NCBI RefSeq assembly: GCF_003918875.1
Contig: NW_025765436.1
Location: 496,001-560,000, forward strand
Length of the DNA: 64,000 nt
Source of the DNA: Haliotis rubra
Lineage: Eukaryota
Reading direction: 5' to 3'
Shown here: in pieces, positions 24,871 to 38,484 of the stretch
Position numbering within the stretch: position 1 is the stretch's first letter
Layout: every line of letters begins with the position of its first letter
Program-made: the position numbers and the translations under genes
Notes under the pieces: generated by a model
The model's database searches: none
What the model was told of the DNA's origin: nothing
What the model saw: only the letters and a program-made list of their open reading frames with translations

Positions 24871-25339
24871 ATCACACCAACTTCTAAAATGCCACTCAAA
24901 GAAGTTACTCGAAAAAGTACCCAGAGAACGAATCACATTGTGACGCGATAAACAATTGACGTTACATCAATGAAATGACGTCACAGTGTTGGTTGAGGTC
25001 GACATGACATCGTATCCTAATGTCCATAGATCGATGCTCTTTCACTGGAATGTTGAATCTAGACTTGATAATTTAGAGACCGCCGTCCTAAAGCAGGAGT
25101 ATTGCTGAGTGCGGCGTTATAAAATAAACAAACAAATCGTAGAGGTCGACCAGCAGTCTTTATGTTTTTGTTTTCACGAAGGAAGTAATTATAACACCAT
25201 TTTGAAAGTCAATATGCCAAGGTACGAGCTAATTCCCACTTTAAAACCTATAAAGCGATAAACAAAATCAGAAAAAATAGTACATTTGGCAAATATCCTT
25301 TTATTTCCAATCTCACGTGTCGTTTTAGCGACCTGGCAG

Positions 25340-25960
25340 ACTCACCGTGGTGATTGTAAGCGAATACATTTTTCAGTTTAGTTTATCTTCCTATGCGAAG
25401 TTAACTGATCGCATAACGTACAACCTTAAACAAGGCCGTTAGTCAAACCAGACGGCAAAATACATAATGGAATAAGAAAACACTGTATTTTGTCGTACAG
25501 AGAGTAGCACATTGGTCCATGTGAGACGGGAGTCTGTCTGTTTATATGAAATCGGCAGCGCATTACGGCAACAACACCAGTGTAACGTTAGAGGCGTGCA
25601 TTTGTGCTGTGGCTATGAAATCTTAACATCAACATGCAGACATATAATTAAAATATTTTTATGACTAATAAAGTTAGTTTGTTTGGCGATATTATATCTC
25701 CTAAAATAAAATGAAGTGGTTTATATTACGAAAACACCATTACGTCACTTGCGGCGACGATCTAACATCGAACGTGGACTGTACCTTTTCACTTCATTAT
25801 TCTTTATACATAATTCATGCGACATGTAAGCACATACGGGTATTCTCCACGTAAGGTGTGTGCGCTTATATCTGTTGATGTTTCATAAATATTTTGAGAC
25901 TTCCCAGCGGAATTACATCATTCTCAATACATGTTCAACGAAGTGCACCGAAGTAGGTCA
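25340..25960. promoter_or_regulatory. Putative bidirectional promoter and non-coding first exons of NMD3 (minus) and BTB-ZF gene 1 (plus)
   Basis: Both ATG exons start at splice acceptors (22755 minus; 26731 plus). Strong minus donor CACG|GTGAGT at 25345, plus-strand donor candidates GTAAGC (25826) and GTAAGG (25851), locally high CpG, CRE-like TTACGTCA at about 25740. Confidence 0.5.
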
Positions 25961-26776
25961 CCCATATGCAGTTTCCATGAAGTGTAGATATATGTGCATG
26001 GTACTGTAGCACGCGTGTAACACTACTGAGAGAGTATAAATGCTGTGTGGACAGGACAAGTGTAATGTCAAATCTGTGAATGATGTTTTCTAATGTTATT
26101 TTATCATGAAAATAATTTCTGAGTAGAAAACATTTTAAGTCAAGTCATGAATAACATATAGTTTAATATTTTTTACAAAATTAATATCTTCATCATTTCA
26201 GTAAATTTTGGAAATTCACAGACAAATCATATTTGTTTTCTTTCGGTGCTGTATATTTTTTATAATCGCAGATCATGATATAAATATTTTATGGTCTCTG
26301 TTGAATCTTAACAACAATGATTAATATTTATCACTCTGTCATGTCATAGATAAATTGAAATGGTATTAATTCAATTTATGTCTACCAGTGATTGTCCTCA
26401 TTCTATGGGTCTTGGACATTTGTAATATCTTTTGAGAAAAGTAGATAGAGCAATCAGTTACTTCTTACTCTTGCGTGGATCAATGTTCATGATGTTGATC
26501 ACTGGATTGTGTGGTCTAGACTTGATTATTTGCAGACTGCAGCCATATGGCTAGAATACTGCCGAGTGCAGTGTTAAACAACAAACAAAGGAATTATTTA
26601 GAAATTGAACTGGAACAAGATATGTCTGGATATTTAAATTTTAACATAAATCGAGCACAATGTTCAACCACATGTACTGAATTAAATTGTAATTTTTGAA
26701 TACACAATGCTTAGTTTAATTTGTTTTCAGGTATACCTTGTTGAATGAACCAAGGGGTGCTAACCATTCCACCACA

Positions 26777-27629
26777 ATGCAGATACTGAGAGATGTCCGG
26801 CATCCGATCACACAAAAAAATAGACTTCTGAACTTGTTCCGGAAAAAATCGTTTTGTGACCTCCACCTTTGCAGCTCAGATGGAACACTATTCCGCACAC
26901 ACAGGCTTGTGTTGGCATTGTATTCTGACTATTTCAGACAGTTTGCATCCCTCAAGAAAGGACCCATTGGTTCTCGTTCATCCACAGAAGTTGTCAACTT
27001 AGGTATTATATCTCAAAAACATAATGCTGTAGTTATGATCTCATGACATTTGGAATCCAGCAAATTAGTAGGGTAAACTGGAAATTGTTACTACCAGGGT
27101 CAGGTTTTTGCTCACATCAAAGAAAGTTGACTTATCAGTTCGTCCATACATAGTAGTGAGTGAGTTTAGTTTTATGCCGCTGTCAGCAATATTCCAGCCA
27201 CATCACGGTTGGGAAAACCAGAAATGGGCGTCACACATTGTACCCATGTGGGGACTCGAACCTGGGTCTTTGACATGACGAGTGAACACTTTAACCACTA
27301 GACTCCCCACCACCTCCATCATCCACAGTGAACTTAGCTACCTCATCAGAAAAGTCAAAGCCAGTACAAAGCTGAAAGTTTTGAGGAGTTAGCATACTTA
27401 TGAGCCTCCACAGTGCAATGGACAGAGTCTACCTGTAGAGCGTAAAGGTTGGTTGTTTAATCCGCTATTATACCAAAGTATAACAAAAGATGGTACTTGT
27501 TATTACCCTGTCTGGTACTCAGCATTAAGGAGACTGTGCATCTTTCAGTCAGTATAAAATATCACAGTAGGGAGTCGATGTGAAACTGTGACTTGTAGTT
27601 TCAGGTGACCAGCTCTAGTTCAAACTAGT

Positions 27630-27665
<36 letters not shown>

Positions 27666-30600
27666 ACATAAGCGTAGTCAGAAAACCAACAAATACAAAA
27701 GGCCATATGTAACATGGCCTAACGCTTTTCTGTATATTTTTCAGATGTCGAAGCTTGTATCCTTTCCATATTGCTGGATTACATTTACAAGGGAGAATTT
27801 GCAATAGGCCCAGAGAATCAAGGGAAGATCTGGAAAGCAGCCAAGCTTCTTAAGCTGCAGGACATTGTCCAACTTATTGATGACAACAGGGAACTCCTTG
27901 GGGTGAGCATGGAGACTCTTGATCAACCAGAACCTGCTGTGAAGCAGGAAGTGATTTCCCCACAAAGTACTGCAAGACGCAAGTCACGACCAAGAGGCCA
28001 ATCACTGGGTAAATCTGGACTTCGAGGCTGTTCAGAAGCTGACCAGAAGGATCTACAGCAGATCACAGGGTACAGCATAACGTCCCAAGATTATGACCAG
28101 GTTGATGAGTTACTGAAAGTATCTATGTCCGCCTTTGTCAGACACAAGCAGGCACATACTGGTGAAATGGAGGGATCTAAAGATTGGTCCAGTCATAATC
28201 ATGACGCTCTGCAGCATGGTACAGAGACACTGGAAACCAAATTCAAACCATCAGAAAGCGCACAAGGTGAAAGTGAATGTGTGTCCACAGAATCACAGGG
28301 TTTGCAACGTTGCTCTCTTACTGACCCCTCTTCTAGAACAGTAGTGGACTCTGATGAAGAATTTTCCGGATTTTCTATCAATTTTGGAAAAGAGGATGTA
28401 GACTTTGTTGATGATGATGACAATGACAGCGATTACACATTCAAGCCATCTAAATCCAGAGGAAAAAGAAAATCCAAGTCACATTCCCTTAAAAGAAAGA
28501 CAATGAACAAACACACGAAAACAATGTCACACATTTTGAATATTCCCAAGATGAAAAGATCAAGCTTCCTCTCCTGTAGGATGGTAGCAAGATGGATTCA
28601 CAAGAAATATTATCCATTTATTTGTAGTTCCAACTTCATATCTTCACACCCAGTGAGAGTAGATATTGAGCAAAGTGGCAATGACTCTCCGACTACTTCA
28701 ACCTCAAGCCCTAAATTGCACTTGTGTAATGTTTGTGGCAAGGAGTTCAGTTTAATTAGTATCTGTAGGAACCATGTGCTCAAAAAACATATCAGAAATA
28801 AGTCCATTTGCCAAATGGCAAATAGGGCCAAGATCTTGCTCACTATGAATCAAGAATCCACCTTATTGAGGATTCAGATGAAGCAAAATATGAACAAATT
28901 AGTTAATACGAAATTAGAATTACCACAATCAAGTTCACGACCAAGGAGTAAAGCTACGAAAGCAATGCCAAGTCCTTTTAGTGGTCCAAAGTGTGCAGAT
29001 TGTGGATCTGTTTTGTCATCCAGGTATTCCTTAAAAGTCCATCTGGAGAATGTTCATCAGCTAACACCAGAACAGGTACGTTTTACTGGGACTAGTTCCC
29101 ATGATAGGTGCTTGTACTAATCCTGTCACATCAAGTGCTTGTTTTACTGGCAATAGGTGCTTGTTTTGTTGTACAAAGGCTGTTATGACAGACCCTTGTC
29201 AAAGTCAAAGTGAGGTCAAACACAAAAGTATGGAATTCAAGCCCCATCCAGTATCATTTACAACTCACTGTATCGAGCTTTCATATTTCCCAAATTTTAT
29301 ATCAAGGGCAGGTAACTCTAACCTGCTTTCTCTAAAATAAACATACAGTGTGCATATGATGCCCAATGCCTCTTTTGTCTGTGCGAGATTTTAAAGTCTA
29401 TGCAGTTTTGTTTGCATTACTCCTCTCAACATTTATGAATCACTGTGAAAAGGGAGTTACAATATTGGAAGAACTTAATTTCTGTCATGAAAATGAGCTT
29501 CTTGTAAAACAAATTATGCTAAGTATTTACCATTGATGTTTGAAGATGTGATTTGATTATCAAGAGCCAAAGTTGTCATATCTGTAAGCTATGTAATACT
29601 TATGACATTCCCTGTCAGATAAGCATGCACAAGTCTTTCCTGGTTTGCTGTGATGTTGAGGGCTGTGACTTCTCCCACAAGATGACAAAGACTGTTGAGC
29701 GCCATGTGAAGGAGGCCCACCCAGCGGTGGAACACAAGTGCCCTCACTGTAACTTTACCTTCTACTTGAAGTGTGTGATGGACAATCACATTGCTCGCAA
29801 ACACCTGTTCCCCGAGAGGATGAGGTTTGTGTGCTCGGTCTGTGGCAAGAGATTTCCTAAGGGTTTCCATCAGAAGGTGCACGAGCAGTGGAAACACGGA
29901 ATTGACCATGACATCAAGGTAGGACATCGAGGATGAGTTGGGACACACCATTTTATATTCAGTGGGTGGGGCTGGAAGTTTTGTTACCATGGTAGCATGC
30001 ATCATTTTATTGGTCACTGCTTCATCTTTGATTATGTAAGGCAGTGTATGGTAACTAGAAAATGTTACCAGCCCAAAATGGATTTAACCAGACCAGACAC
30101 CAAGCAAGATGTATGGAACATCTCAAATTTTTACCAGACCATCAGGCTGACTAGCTGTAAATCTAGACCGTCCGTTAGAAATCTAACCCATCTTGGGCGG
30201 TCGAACGGGCCTTATTTCATACACTGTGTAAGGGTACTCTTTTCCTATATTTCCTGGAACAAGGAATGTTGGGGAATATTCCAGGGACTTGAAGAGTGTT
30301 TAAAAGTTATAAAAATGAACATGATGAAAGTAATAGATATGAATTTTTTCAGAAAATGTCTTCTAAATCAATCCAAAACAATTGCCTTATCCATACAGTA
30401 CCGAACTAGGCTATGTAGGAATTAGAGAATGGTTTGGAGGCTTCTAGGTTTCTCTTATTGTTATCTAGCTACCTGTCGATTTTTAACTTTATATTTTTTT
30501 GAAGATCCATTACTAAAGCCAAGTAATAACAATGCCAACAAATCCAAATGTTTCCAACAATTTGAAAATGAAATGCATAACCAAATTATGTATGCATGAA

Positions 30601-33600
30601 AATACCACCAGTCTTTTTGATAGCTTGAAGTGTGTCATGAACATACAATGCCTTTTATATGTGTGTCACTGCTATGTAAGTCATGTTGCCTTTCAACACA
30701 GCCTGATGCCTATATCTGTAACAAAATGCAGTAAATATTTCTTGTTGCAGAGGTATAAGTGTCCTGTTGAGGACTGTAGTTTCGAGACCTGTTCCAAGTC
30801 GAACCTTGACGCACACCGCAATGTCCATACAGACAAACGGTATGACTGTCAGTACTGCAGTATCAAGCTCAAGACAACAGCGTAAGTTTCCAGGCTTTTT
30901 GTAAGCTCATCACTGTTGTCTTTCAGTCAGTCCAAAAATTGAGCACTAGATTTGAACCCCCCGAGCTTTCAGATTTGTCTGATTTCAAGCACCTTAATTA
31001 CACACAACAATAATCTTCCAAATGTCGCTCTGCCACAATGGCGATGTCTGCAAGGTCTGCTGTAGTTGCAACATGTATATAATTTCGCACGTTGGGTGTA
31101 CTAGTATTAAGGTAATATGTAAATGTGTTGTACAACTCATTTTTATGCTGTGCATTGCATTTGCATGGGGCGAGGTGGGCGAGCTGGCTAAGGTGCCAGG
31201 CTAGTGATCCAGCGAGCTTGAGGTGTCGGGATTGAGCCCACCTGTGACCGGGTGTAAAAAAACCTCAGAGTCAACTTTGTGTGCAGACTCTTTCAGTGTT
31301 GTCACAACCCCTAGTGTACAGTACACATCCCTGTGCACTTAAAAGAACCCACGAATCCGTTGGTATATGACCAGATGGTGGCCACATGAATACATGCAAA
31401 CACCAAGTTGCGGGTACAGCCACATGCAGTGAACTTGGACAAAGTACTGTGACTATGTGTCCCAGTCCACCCAGCTGTGAATGGGTACCTCGTTAGGATG
31501 AGAAGGCCACAATAACTCGGTGCGCCTAGTGGCTGCAAGAGTTGTATGCTCCCCAGGGAGTTGAGATTGATAACACGATGTGCCGTTGAGACTGACATCC
31601 AATGATCGAGGGAAAAAATACCAGCGCCTTGAGCAAGCACTAGTTGCCTGGATATGTGCGCTATATAAATATCATATAATAATATAATAATTTGTGTTTC
31701 TGTCCTACTCAATGGTATAAACTGATCTAACTGTGAATGTTGTCATTTATTATTGGGGAAACACTGTTCTTTGTTTCATTTGGATTCTAATTTTTCATAC
31801 CTATGTGATGTATCAGAGTTCTTTTTTATTTCTTGTGTGGTTTGAGTTCCATTATTCAAAAGCAAAGATATACCTTGATTAGAAACTTAGAAACTTTATT
31901 CATAACAATTTATGTAATATTGCAACCAGAGACTTGTATATTAATGTTGTATTTGTTGACAGTATGGATGTCTAAGCCATGACATTATTATTATTATTAT
32001 TATTGGTATGTTATTACTGTAATAAGATAAAAAAGGACTTTTTAATTCCAATTTGGAAATTTTAATGACTTTGTCTGCAGACGAGGGGCTGAAATATCTG
32101 CTTGAGTAGGTACATATATATCCATGAGTACGTAATGTGTAATGCTGATGGTTTGGTTCCAGAACCCTTCAACGCCACATCAACAAAGTCCACCTGGGCA
32201 TCCGACCCTACCTGTGTCAGATGTGTGGCCACTCATTTGGCGACTACCACAACCTTCAGTCACACATCGTTAACAAGCATGTGACAGAGAAAGAGTTCAA
32301 GTGCACACACTGTCCCTATGGCACCAATGTCAAGGCCCAGTTTGCCAGTAAGGTCATATTTCATGCAGTGATGTTTACTTCATAGTTTGTCTAATTATTT
32401 TGCATCCAGTTACCAGGTGTACTTGGTTTTGATTTGTCTTTGGTGAAATTTCAAATGTTTGCGTAGAAATATGTATGACAAATTGAAAAAAACCTAGCAT
32501 ACAAAAACTGATAAGGGGGAGTGAGTTTAGTTTTACGCCGATGTTAGCAATATTCCAGGAATATCACGGTGGGGGACACCAGAAATGGGCTTCACACATT
32601 GTACCCATGTGGGGAATTGAACCAGGGTCTTCGTCATGACAAGTGAATGCTTTAACCACTAGGCTACCCCACCGCTCCCTTACAAAAACACTCTCAATGA
32701 TAACCAATGTTTCCTTTTCAACTACTGTACCTGTATATCTTTACATCTCTTTATTTACTTGTTATGTGCAGGCATCAAACATGTACAAACTCTCACTTAC
32801 ACTAATTGGACATGTATTTCACTTGTCTTGGATTAATTATTAATGTTAGTGGTTTCAGATGTCATTAATTACATCTAGACCTATATTTAATGTGGATATC
32901 AGATCATCATGTCTGCTTCTGTGTAACTTCACAATCCAGCCTGTGTATAAATATTAATTGGGCAGAAACAGAAAATACTTAACCTGAAACCATAACTAAC
33001 ATAATTGACATGTAGTTGTTATTTAACACTTCACCAAGTCACTGAGTCTGGGGGCGGTAGGGTAGCCTAGTGGTTAAAGCGTTCGCTCGTCACACCGAAG
33101 ACCCAGGTTCGATTCCCCACATGGGTAAAATGTGTGAAGCTCATTTCTGGTGTCCCCCGCTGTGATATTGCTGGAATATTGCGAAAAGAGGGCGTAAAAC
33201 CAAACTCACTCACTCACTCACTGAGTCTGACCACCCCATTGCTTCTTAACGTCAGGGGAAGTGGAGTAGCCTAGTGGTTAAAGCATTTGCTTGTCACAGC
33301 ATAGACCTGCGTTCATTTCCCCACATGGGTACAATTTGTGAAGCCCATTTCCTGTGTCCCCCATGATATATGCTGGAATATTGCTAAAAGCAGCGTAAAA
33401 CCATACTCATTCATTCACTCACTCACTCACTAATCAAACATCAAACAAAGGTTGCTCTGGTGATATACTCTTACCAAGAAACCCCTTGGGTTAGGTGACA
33501 TATAACGACACAATCTGGAAAGCTTGAAATTCTACCAGCCCTCATGTTTGGGAGCTGTAGCAGTAATGTTAGAGGAACTGTCTCTGGACTAATGTAGATT

Positions 33601-34396
33601 ATTAAGGCCTCTGTTTCACAAAGTGATCTTAGCACTGTGACTGTCTTAGCGGAATGGGTTCCATGAAGCTATTGTGCAAATTGATCTTGTGCTATGACTG
33701 TCTAAGGTCTATATTAAAGTGTGAGTTACGATTGTCTTTGTGGAACAGGGCCCAGGGTGCTGTTGTACGAAGCGATCTCAGTGCTATGACTTTTAATTCT
33801 GTTTTAAAGCATAAGTGTTACAATTGTCTAATTGGAGTGAGCGTGGTCAGTGCAATGAGAATGTCAGCTGTTACAAAGGATGGTATTGTATTCCAGTTCA
33901 CCTGTTCAGAATTCATGGCGTCAGGGCTGACTTCGACAAGAGGAAGGAGTTCGCCTGTCCTTTCTGTGACTACAAGACGCTGATGAAGAGCAGACTCAAG
34001 GCCCACGTCAACAAACATACAAATACTCGAAACTATGCATGTGACGAGTGCGGGAAGACCTTTGTCAACTGTGACACTCTGCGTAGCCACAAAGAGTGGC
34101 TGCACTCTGAAGCGAAGTACTCCTGCAACCAGTGTCCATATATCACCAAGACGTCAAAGCGGCTTCAAGAGCATATATCCATTCAGCACATGTTTAAGGG
34201 GCTGAAGCCGTTCCAGTGTCCCTACTGCCCGTTCACATGTGCGACAGGCGGCAATACCCGCAAACACGTGAAGAAGAAGCATCCCACGCAGGAAGTGAGG
34301 TACGTGAAGAACCTGGAGGTTCTGGGATACATGAAAGACATGAGGAAGAAGGAAGCTGCAGCCGATCCCCTGAAAAACATAGGTTTGACTCAGTGA
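26777..34396 (+). CDS. BTB/POZ + 13 C2H2 zinc-finger protein (ZBTB-like), paralogue 1, about 890 aa
   Basis: Exons 26777-27002, 27745-29075, 29619-29918, 30751-30881, 32163-32347, 33897-34396; 2673 nt, GT-AG, in frame. BTB motifs FCDLHL..DGTLFRTHRLVLALYSDYF and LLDYIYKGE..AAKLLKL; acidic/basic linker; 13 C2H2 fingers. Confidence 0.92.
27156..27316 (-). mobile_element. SINE family A
   Basis: Full-length diverged match, intronic. Confidence 0.8.
31167..31690 (+). mobile_element. Composite SINE: tRNA-like head + Nin/Deu-like block + CORE-like block + L2-type tail
   Basis: Head GGGGCGAGGTGGGCGAGCTGGCTAAGG; GAGTCAACTTTGTGTGCAGACTCT..TGCACTTAAAAGAACCCA; CAGTCCACCCAGCTGTGAATGGGTACC; tail AGCGCCTTGAGC..GCGCTATATAAAT(AAT)n. 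Confidence 0.65.
32518..32676 (-). mobile_element. SINE family A
   Basis: Full-length match. Confidence 0.85.
33050..33430 (+). mobile_element. Two adjacent SINE family A copies (33050-33221, 33255-33430)
   Basis: A/B boxes and (ACTC)n tails; the first has TSD TCACTGAGTCTG. Confidence 0.85.
33606..33753. mobile_element. Small palindromic MITE
   Basis: GGCCTCTGTTTCACAAAG ... CTTTGTGGAACAGGGCCC imperfect TIRs. Confidence 0.55.
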
Positions 34397-35814
34397 GGGA
34401 GTGAGTGAGTTTGACACGGGAGAATTTCACCTGGTGAGTTGGCTTAAATGCCACTAGCCTGACATGTTGGTTTACTGTTGCATACACAAGGGGTGGTGGG
34501 ATGGACCACATCTATTTGTTGAATTGGAAGTTTCATATTTGATTAGGATTACAAATTGAAACTAACTTCAACACTATATATCACTCATGATATGTTTTCA
34601 AGTAACATAACAAGACTACCAAAGTGATTTTTTTGTTACCGGGTGAGAAAATACATCCCTTCATTTCCAAAAGGCTGTATCCTCACTTGAGTTGAGGAAA
34701 GCTGTAAATGACATTGTTATTGTGGTGTAGCTCCTGTAACTGAGTATGAGTGCTCTGCTGAGTGACAGATTTCTTCATAATGAATTTTGGCTTTGTGACA
34801 TTTTGTCCACCCGTGCAATATGCAGATGATAATGGAGGACTTCTAACACACACAAAGTTCACATAAGTCAGATTGTTTTTGGAACAATACTTTGGCTGAT
34901 GAGATATTTGAGGTGACTGTAGTGACTTAAACCCTGTTATGTTTTTGTTTTTGTTTTCTGGTATCTCTTTAACCAGCAAGAGAATATCCACCAAATACTA
35001 CCGGTGTTATTGTGCTCAATGTTTAATTTTTGCAAGTCTATTGAAGTATAATGAAATAACATATATTAACATATATATATATATATACATGTGAAATATA
35101 TATGTGATAACCAATGTTATATATAACTGATATGAAATATGTATTTAAATGCTGATTTCCATGAAAGGACATCCTCGATAATCTCCAGGGTATACGTTAC
35201 GATCACTCTCCACTATATCCTGGATGCATCCACGGCTTGGCCTGGTAGGAATTATATAGAAAGAACCATAAAACACTGGTCGAGATATTCTTCTAACAAC
35301 GATGTTTACTTCCAGGTTCTGAAATAACAGAATGATACAATGTATCAACTTGTATCTAGCACTTATTATCATGAAACAACATTTATAAATATCCCATTAT
35401 AATGAAACTGCAGCAATAAGTTCACAATACATGACACTGTCATGCAATGACTGCTCCCTAGTTTCACGAAAAAGTCTAGCAAAACTACATATAGTAAATT
35501 CCATGAATTAACACTGAGCATGTTGACTTTATATTGATTCTAAAACTACAAACTGACTCTAAAATCCTGACATTATAACAGAAATCTGCCATATAGTTAC
35601 AAAACACAATGTATCAGAGCGCACCATTACCACGAAAATAGGATACACTTTTGCACGTGACCAAATAATTGAACATTCCTGTAATTGCAAAAATAATGTG
35701 AAAATAGTATAGTACACTGCCACAAAAATGGATATATTGTAAGACTGATATTTGTACCTGAAGAGTGCATCCTGACCGTCTCTGAAACTTCAACATTCAA
35801 GATAATACACTCAC

Positions 35815-37715
35815 CAGGTCCCTGATCACAATGTGATTTACTCATATCAACTTTCTCAGCCCAGTCATTCTGTTCATATTCATGAATGGCGTCATTGTAC
35901 ATCTTCGCCTTTGCTTCGTCTTTCTGGAGACTGCGTTCCAGAGAACAGAGGCGCTTCTCGGCAAGAAAGTGGTTGTTTGGCAATGATGATGGATCCCTTT
36001 TCCATGGAATACCTATCTCATATCTATCTCCCTGCTTGACACAAGATGCTTGCATTAATTCAAGGTGTGCGATAGAATGCAGACGGCACAGCATAGGTTA
36101 ATGAATCACTTTGTCGGCACTTGTGCACATGCCTCTCTAACACGTGGCTGTCCCTTTCTCTGCACTCCTCCCTCGTAACAAATAGTGAACTGTGTCAAAA
36201 TTTAATGATAGTTTGTTAAACAAATTTTTTAATTTTAGAACATAAATTTCTGCAAACAAATCACAGAGTTGGTCTGATGTTTTGATTATGATCAGCGTTT
36301 CATTGAGTATTATATGTTTATTAGTTTTCCAGTTAGATTGCAATTCTTCGGTCCGCTTTTGAGCCAAATGGACTATAATGACAAATAAAGTCTCTTTTGG
36401 GTTTGCCTTGGAGTCCAAGAGCCTTTGCAAAATCCTTTCTTATGACTGTGGTCCCTGCACCACCATCCACTAAGACATTCCCTTCTCGTGTTCTGCCATT
36501 CTGTGCTTTGAACATTACTCTCACTACTGGTAATATGCTATCACAATCCAGAGGTATCGTGACTGAGCTTGCTATTGGTGGATCCATGTGGAGCAGTTTA
36601 TGGTGAGTCCTTTTGCAGCCATTTGTAACACACTGTTTCCTTGACTTGCACTCTCTAGCTAAGTGTCCTCTCACCAGACAACTGAAACATAGTCTGAGAT
36701 CCTTGACCTTTTGGACACGTTCTGATACAGATGAATTAACAAATTTCCGACACTCAGAAACTCGGTGTTCGTCTTCACACATGTAACACTTTGGTGCTCT
36801 CTTAATTTGCTGCTGTGAATATACATCCCTTTTTCTATCCCTAGGGTTTGGAAAATTTAATTTCCAATCTGTCTTGCCCTTTTCAATGTCACCATAATCA
36901 GGATCAAACTCAACTTTGATCCTTTTTCTGACAAAGTCACTAATATGAGTCACTGAAGGCACTTCACCCTTCTCTCTAAGATCTGTAGCAATAAATTTCC
37001 ACTTCCCTAGGAGGTGTGATGGCAGCCGGATCACAATCTTCCATAGATTATCATTGGCATTCACATCTGCATAGTACTTTATGCATTGTAGGGTTGCAAG
37101 GCTGTGGCATACATTGTTCCACTTGAACCGAGTCCAGATATAGCCCTCTCTGCATCACCTGATACATGCATTCTCAGCTACATCATCCTCATATCATCTG
37201 ACAGATGAGGTTTATTATGAATAGGAATTTTGAACTTCTCAATAAAGTTCATATACTCCAGAGGGTTTCCATCAAACATCCCCAGGGTCACAGCTGGAAT
37301 GTCTTTGCTGGCTTCCAACTTAAATAGAGCCTCAGCAATGAACATATTATTCAAATTTGAAGGCAACTCTGTCTCTGTAAACTCAACTAGACCTCCTATC
37401 CATGTATCAAATGGCTGGTTCCGTTGTGAAAGGCCTGGCTTCTCAACTGCCGATGACTGTTGTTCAGTATGTGAGCTTTTGCCACTAGGCAAACTTGATG
37501 GGATATCATCTTTCTCACTGGTGTTAGATTGTGACTGATCCGGTGAATCTGTGGATGTGTCTGTAAGATTCTGTTGATTTGCTCCTGTGTCACCAGAATG
37601 ACCATCAGCTGATAAATTCTGTTCAGCATTGTTCCCTGAACCCGATGGAGTAGAATGATGAGACTGATTAGCATGATTAAACTTTGTAGTCTTCTGTTTC
37701 TGTGATTTACTGTGT
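35815..37715 (-). pseudogene. Bel/Pao LTR-retrotransposon gag-protease-preRT fragment, disrupted
   Basis: FDGNPLEYMNFIEKF (DUF1759-type gag); triple knuckle CYMCEDEHRVSEC / CFSCLVRGHLAREC / CVTNGCKRTHHKLLH; aspartic protease VLVDGGAGTTVI; pre-RT RYEIGIPWK..LPNNHFLAEKRLCSLERSL. Stops and deletions present; no RT core or integrase. Confidence 0.88.
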
Positions 37716-38484
37716 TGTAACAGGAGGATGCTGTTTCCGGTCCTCAGGTCCGGAGGATTCAGGGGTTTAAAGTCATAATGACAACCAAACACAAGATTTT
37801 GCAAACCAAATAAATTTATTTCCAACTCAATTAATATATATCATAAAATCAACAATAAACTAAGTTAAATAAACAACAAAAATAATAATGCCTCCAAGGA
37901 TCCTGTGAAAGTGAAAACCCTATTAAATACCATACCTATACTATTGCCCTTTATTACCAGGTTAATTCCCCAAAATAATGTTCCCTGCAAAATAAAACAA
38001 AAACCATTAACTCACCTAACATTATCTAACCAAAAACTTTTATTTCTTCTTTAAACTAAAACTTAAGAAAACTTAAAACTCTGTTTGCACTAGTCTACAG
38101 AAACAATGAGTGAATTTCTCTGTAAAACCCCAGGTGCAGAGGAAAAATAATCTGCCCTTTTATACCCCTAACCTATAACTCTTACCCAATAAAAAACTAT
38201 GCTCTGAAAATTACCCAATAAATGCCTACAAAGAAAAGTTCAGTGGACTGATCCTCTGCTCATGAGAGATGCTCATGCACTGGCCCATCTCATTGCATAA
38301 CAATGGGGAAGAAGCATACTAGGCACTGTGCCTATGGGTCCTTACCTCAAGAGCTAAATGGACCAGCCCACTGAAGGCCTAAAATTTCAGGTGTTATTTT
38401 TGACTAGCCTAGCCTATATGATAACCTGTCCCCACCCTAAAACAAGCCTAATTACAAAAAGACCAAAATAACCCTACCATTACA
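37716..38484 (-). mobile_element. Solo LTR, 769 bp, 4-bp TSD (Gypsy-like)
   Basis: TGTAA...TTACA termini; GTGT at 37712-37715 and 38485-38488; minus-strand TATAAAA at about 38158-38164 and AATAAA at about 37814-37819. Confidence 0.75.

Noticed and set aside
33050-33130. tRNA-Asp-like sequences with A and B boxes (many copies)
   Set aside because: Each continues into a shared SINE body and simple-repeat tail, often with TSDs; acceptor stems do not pair. They are SINE heads, not tRNA genes.
34390-34415. Stop codon of BTB-ZF gene 1 lying in a (GAGT)n SINE-tail-like run
   Set aside because: Only about 15 nt of simple repeat with no SINE body, and the paralogue's last coding exon has the same length, so exaptation is unsupported.
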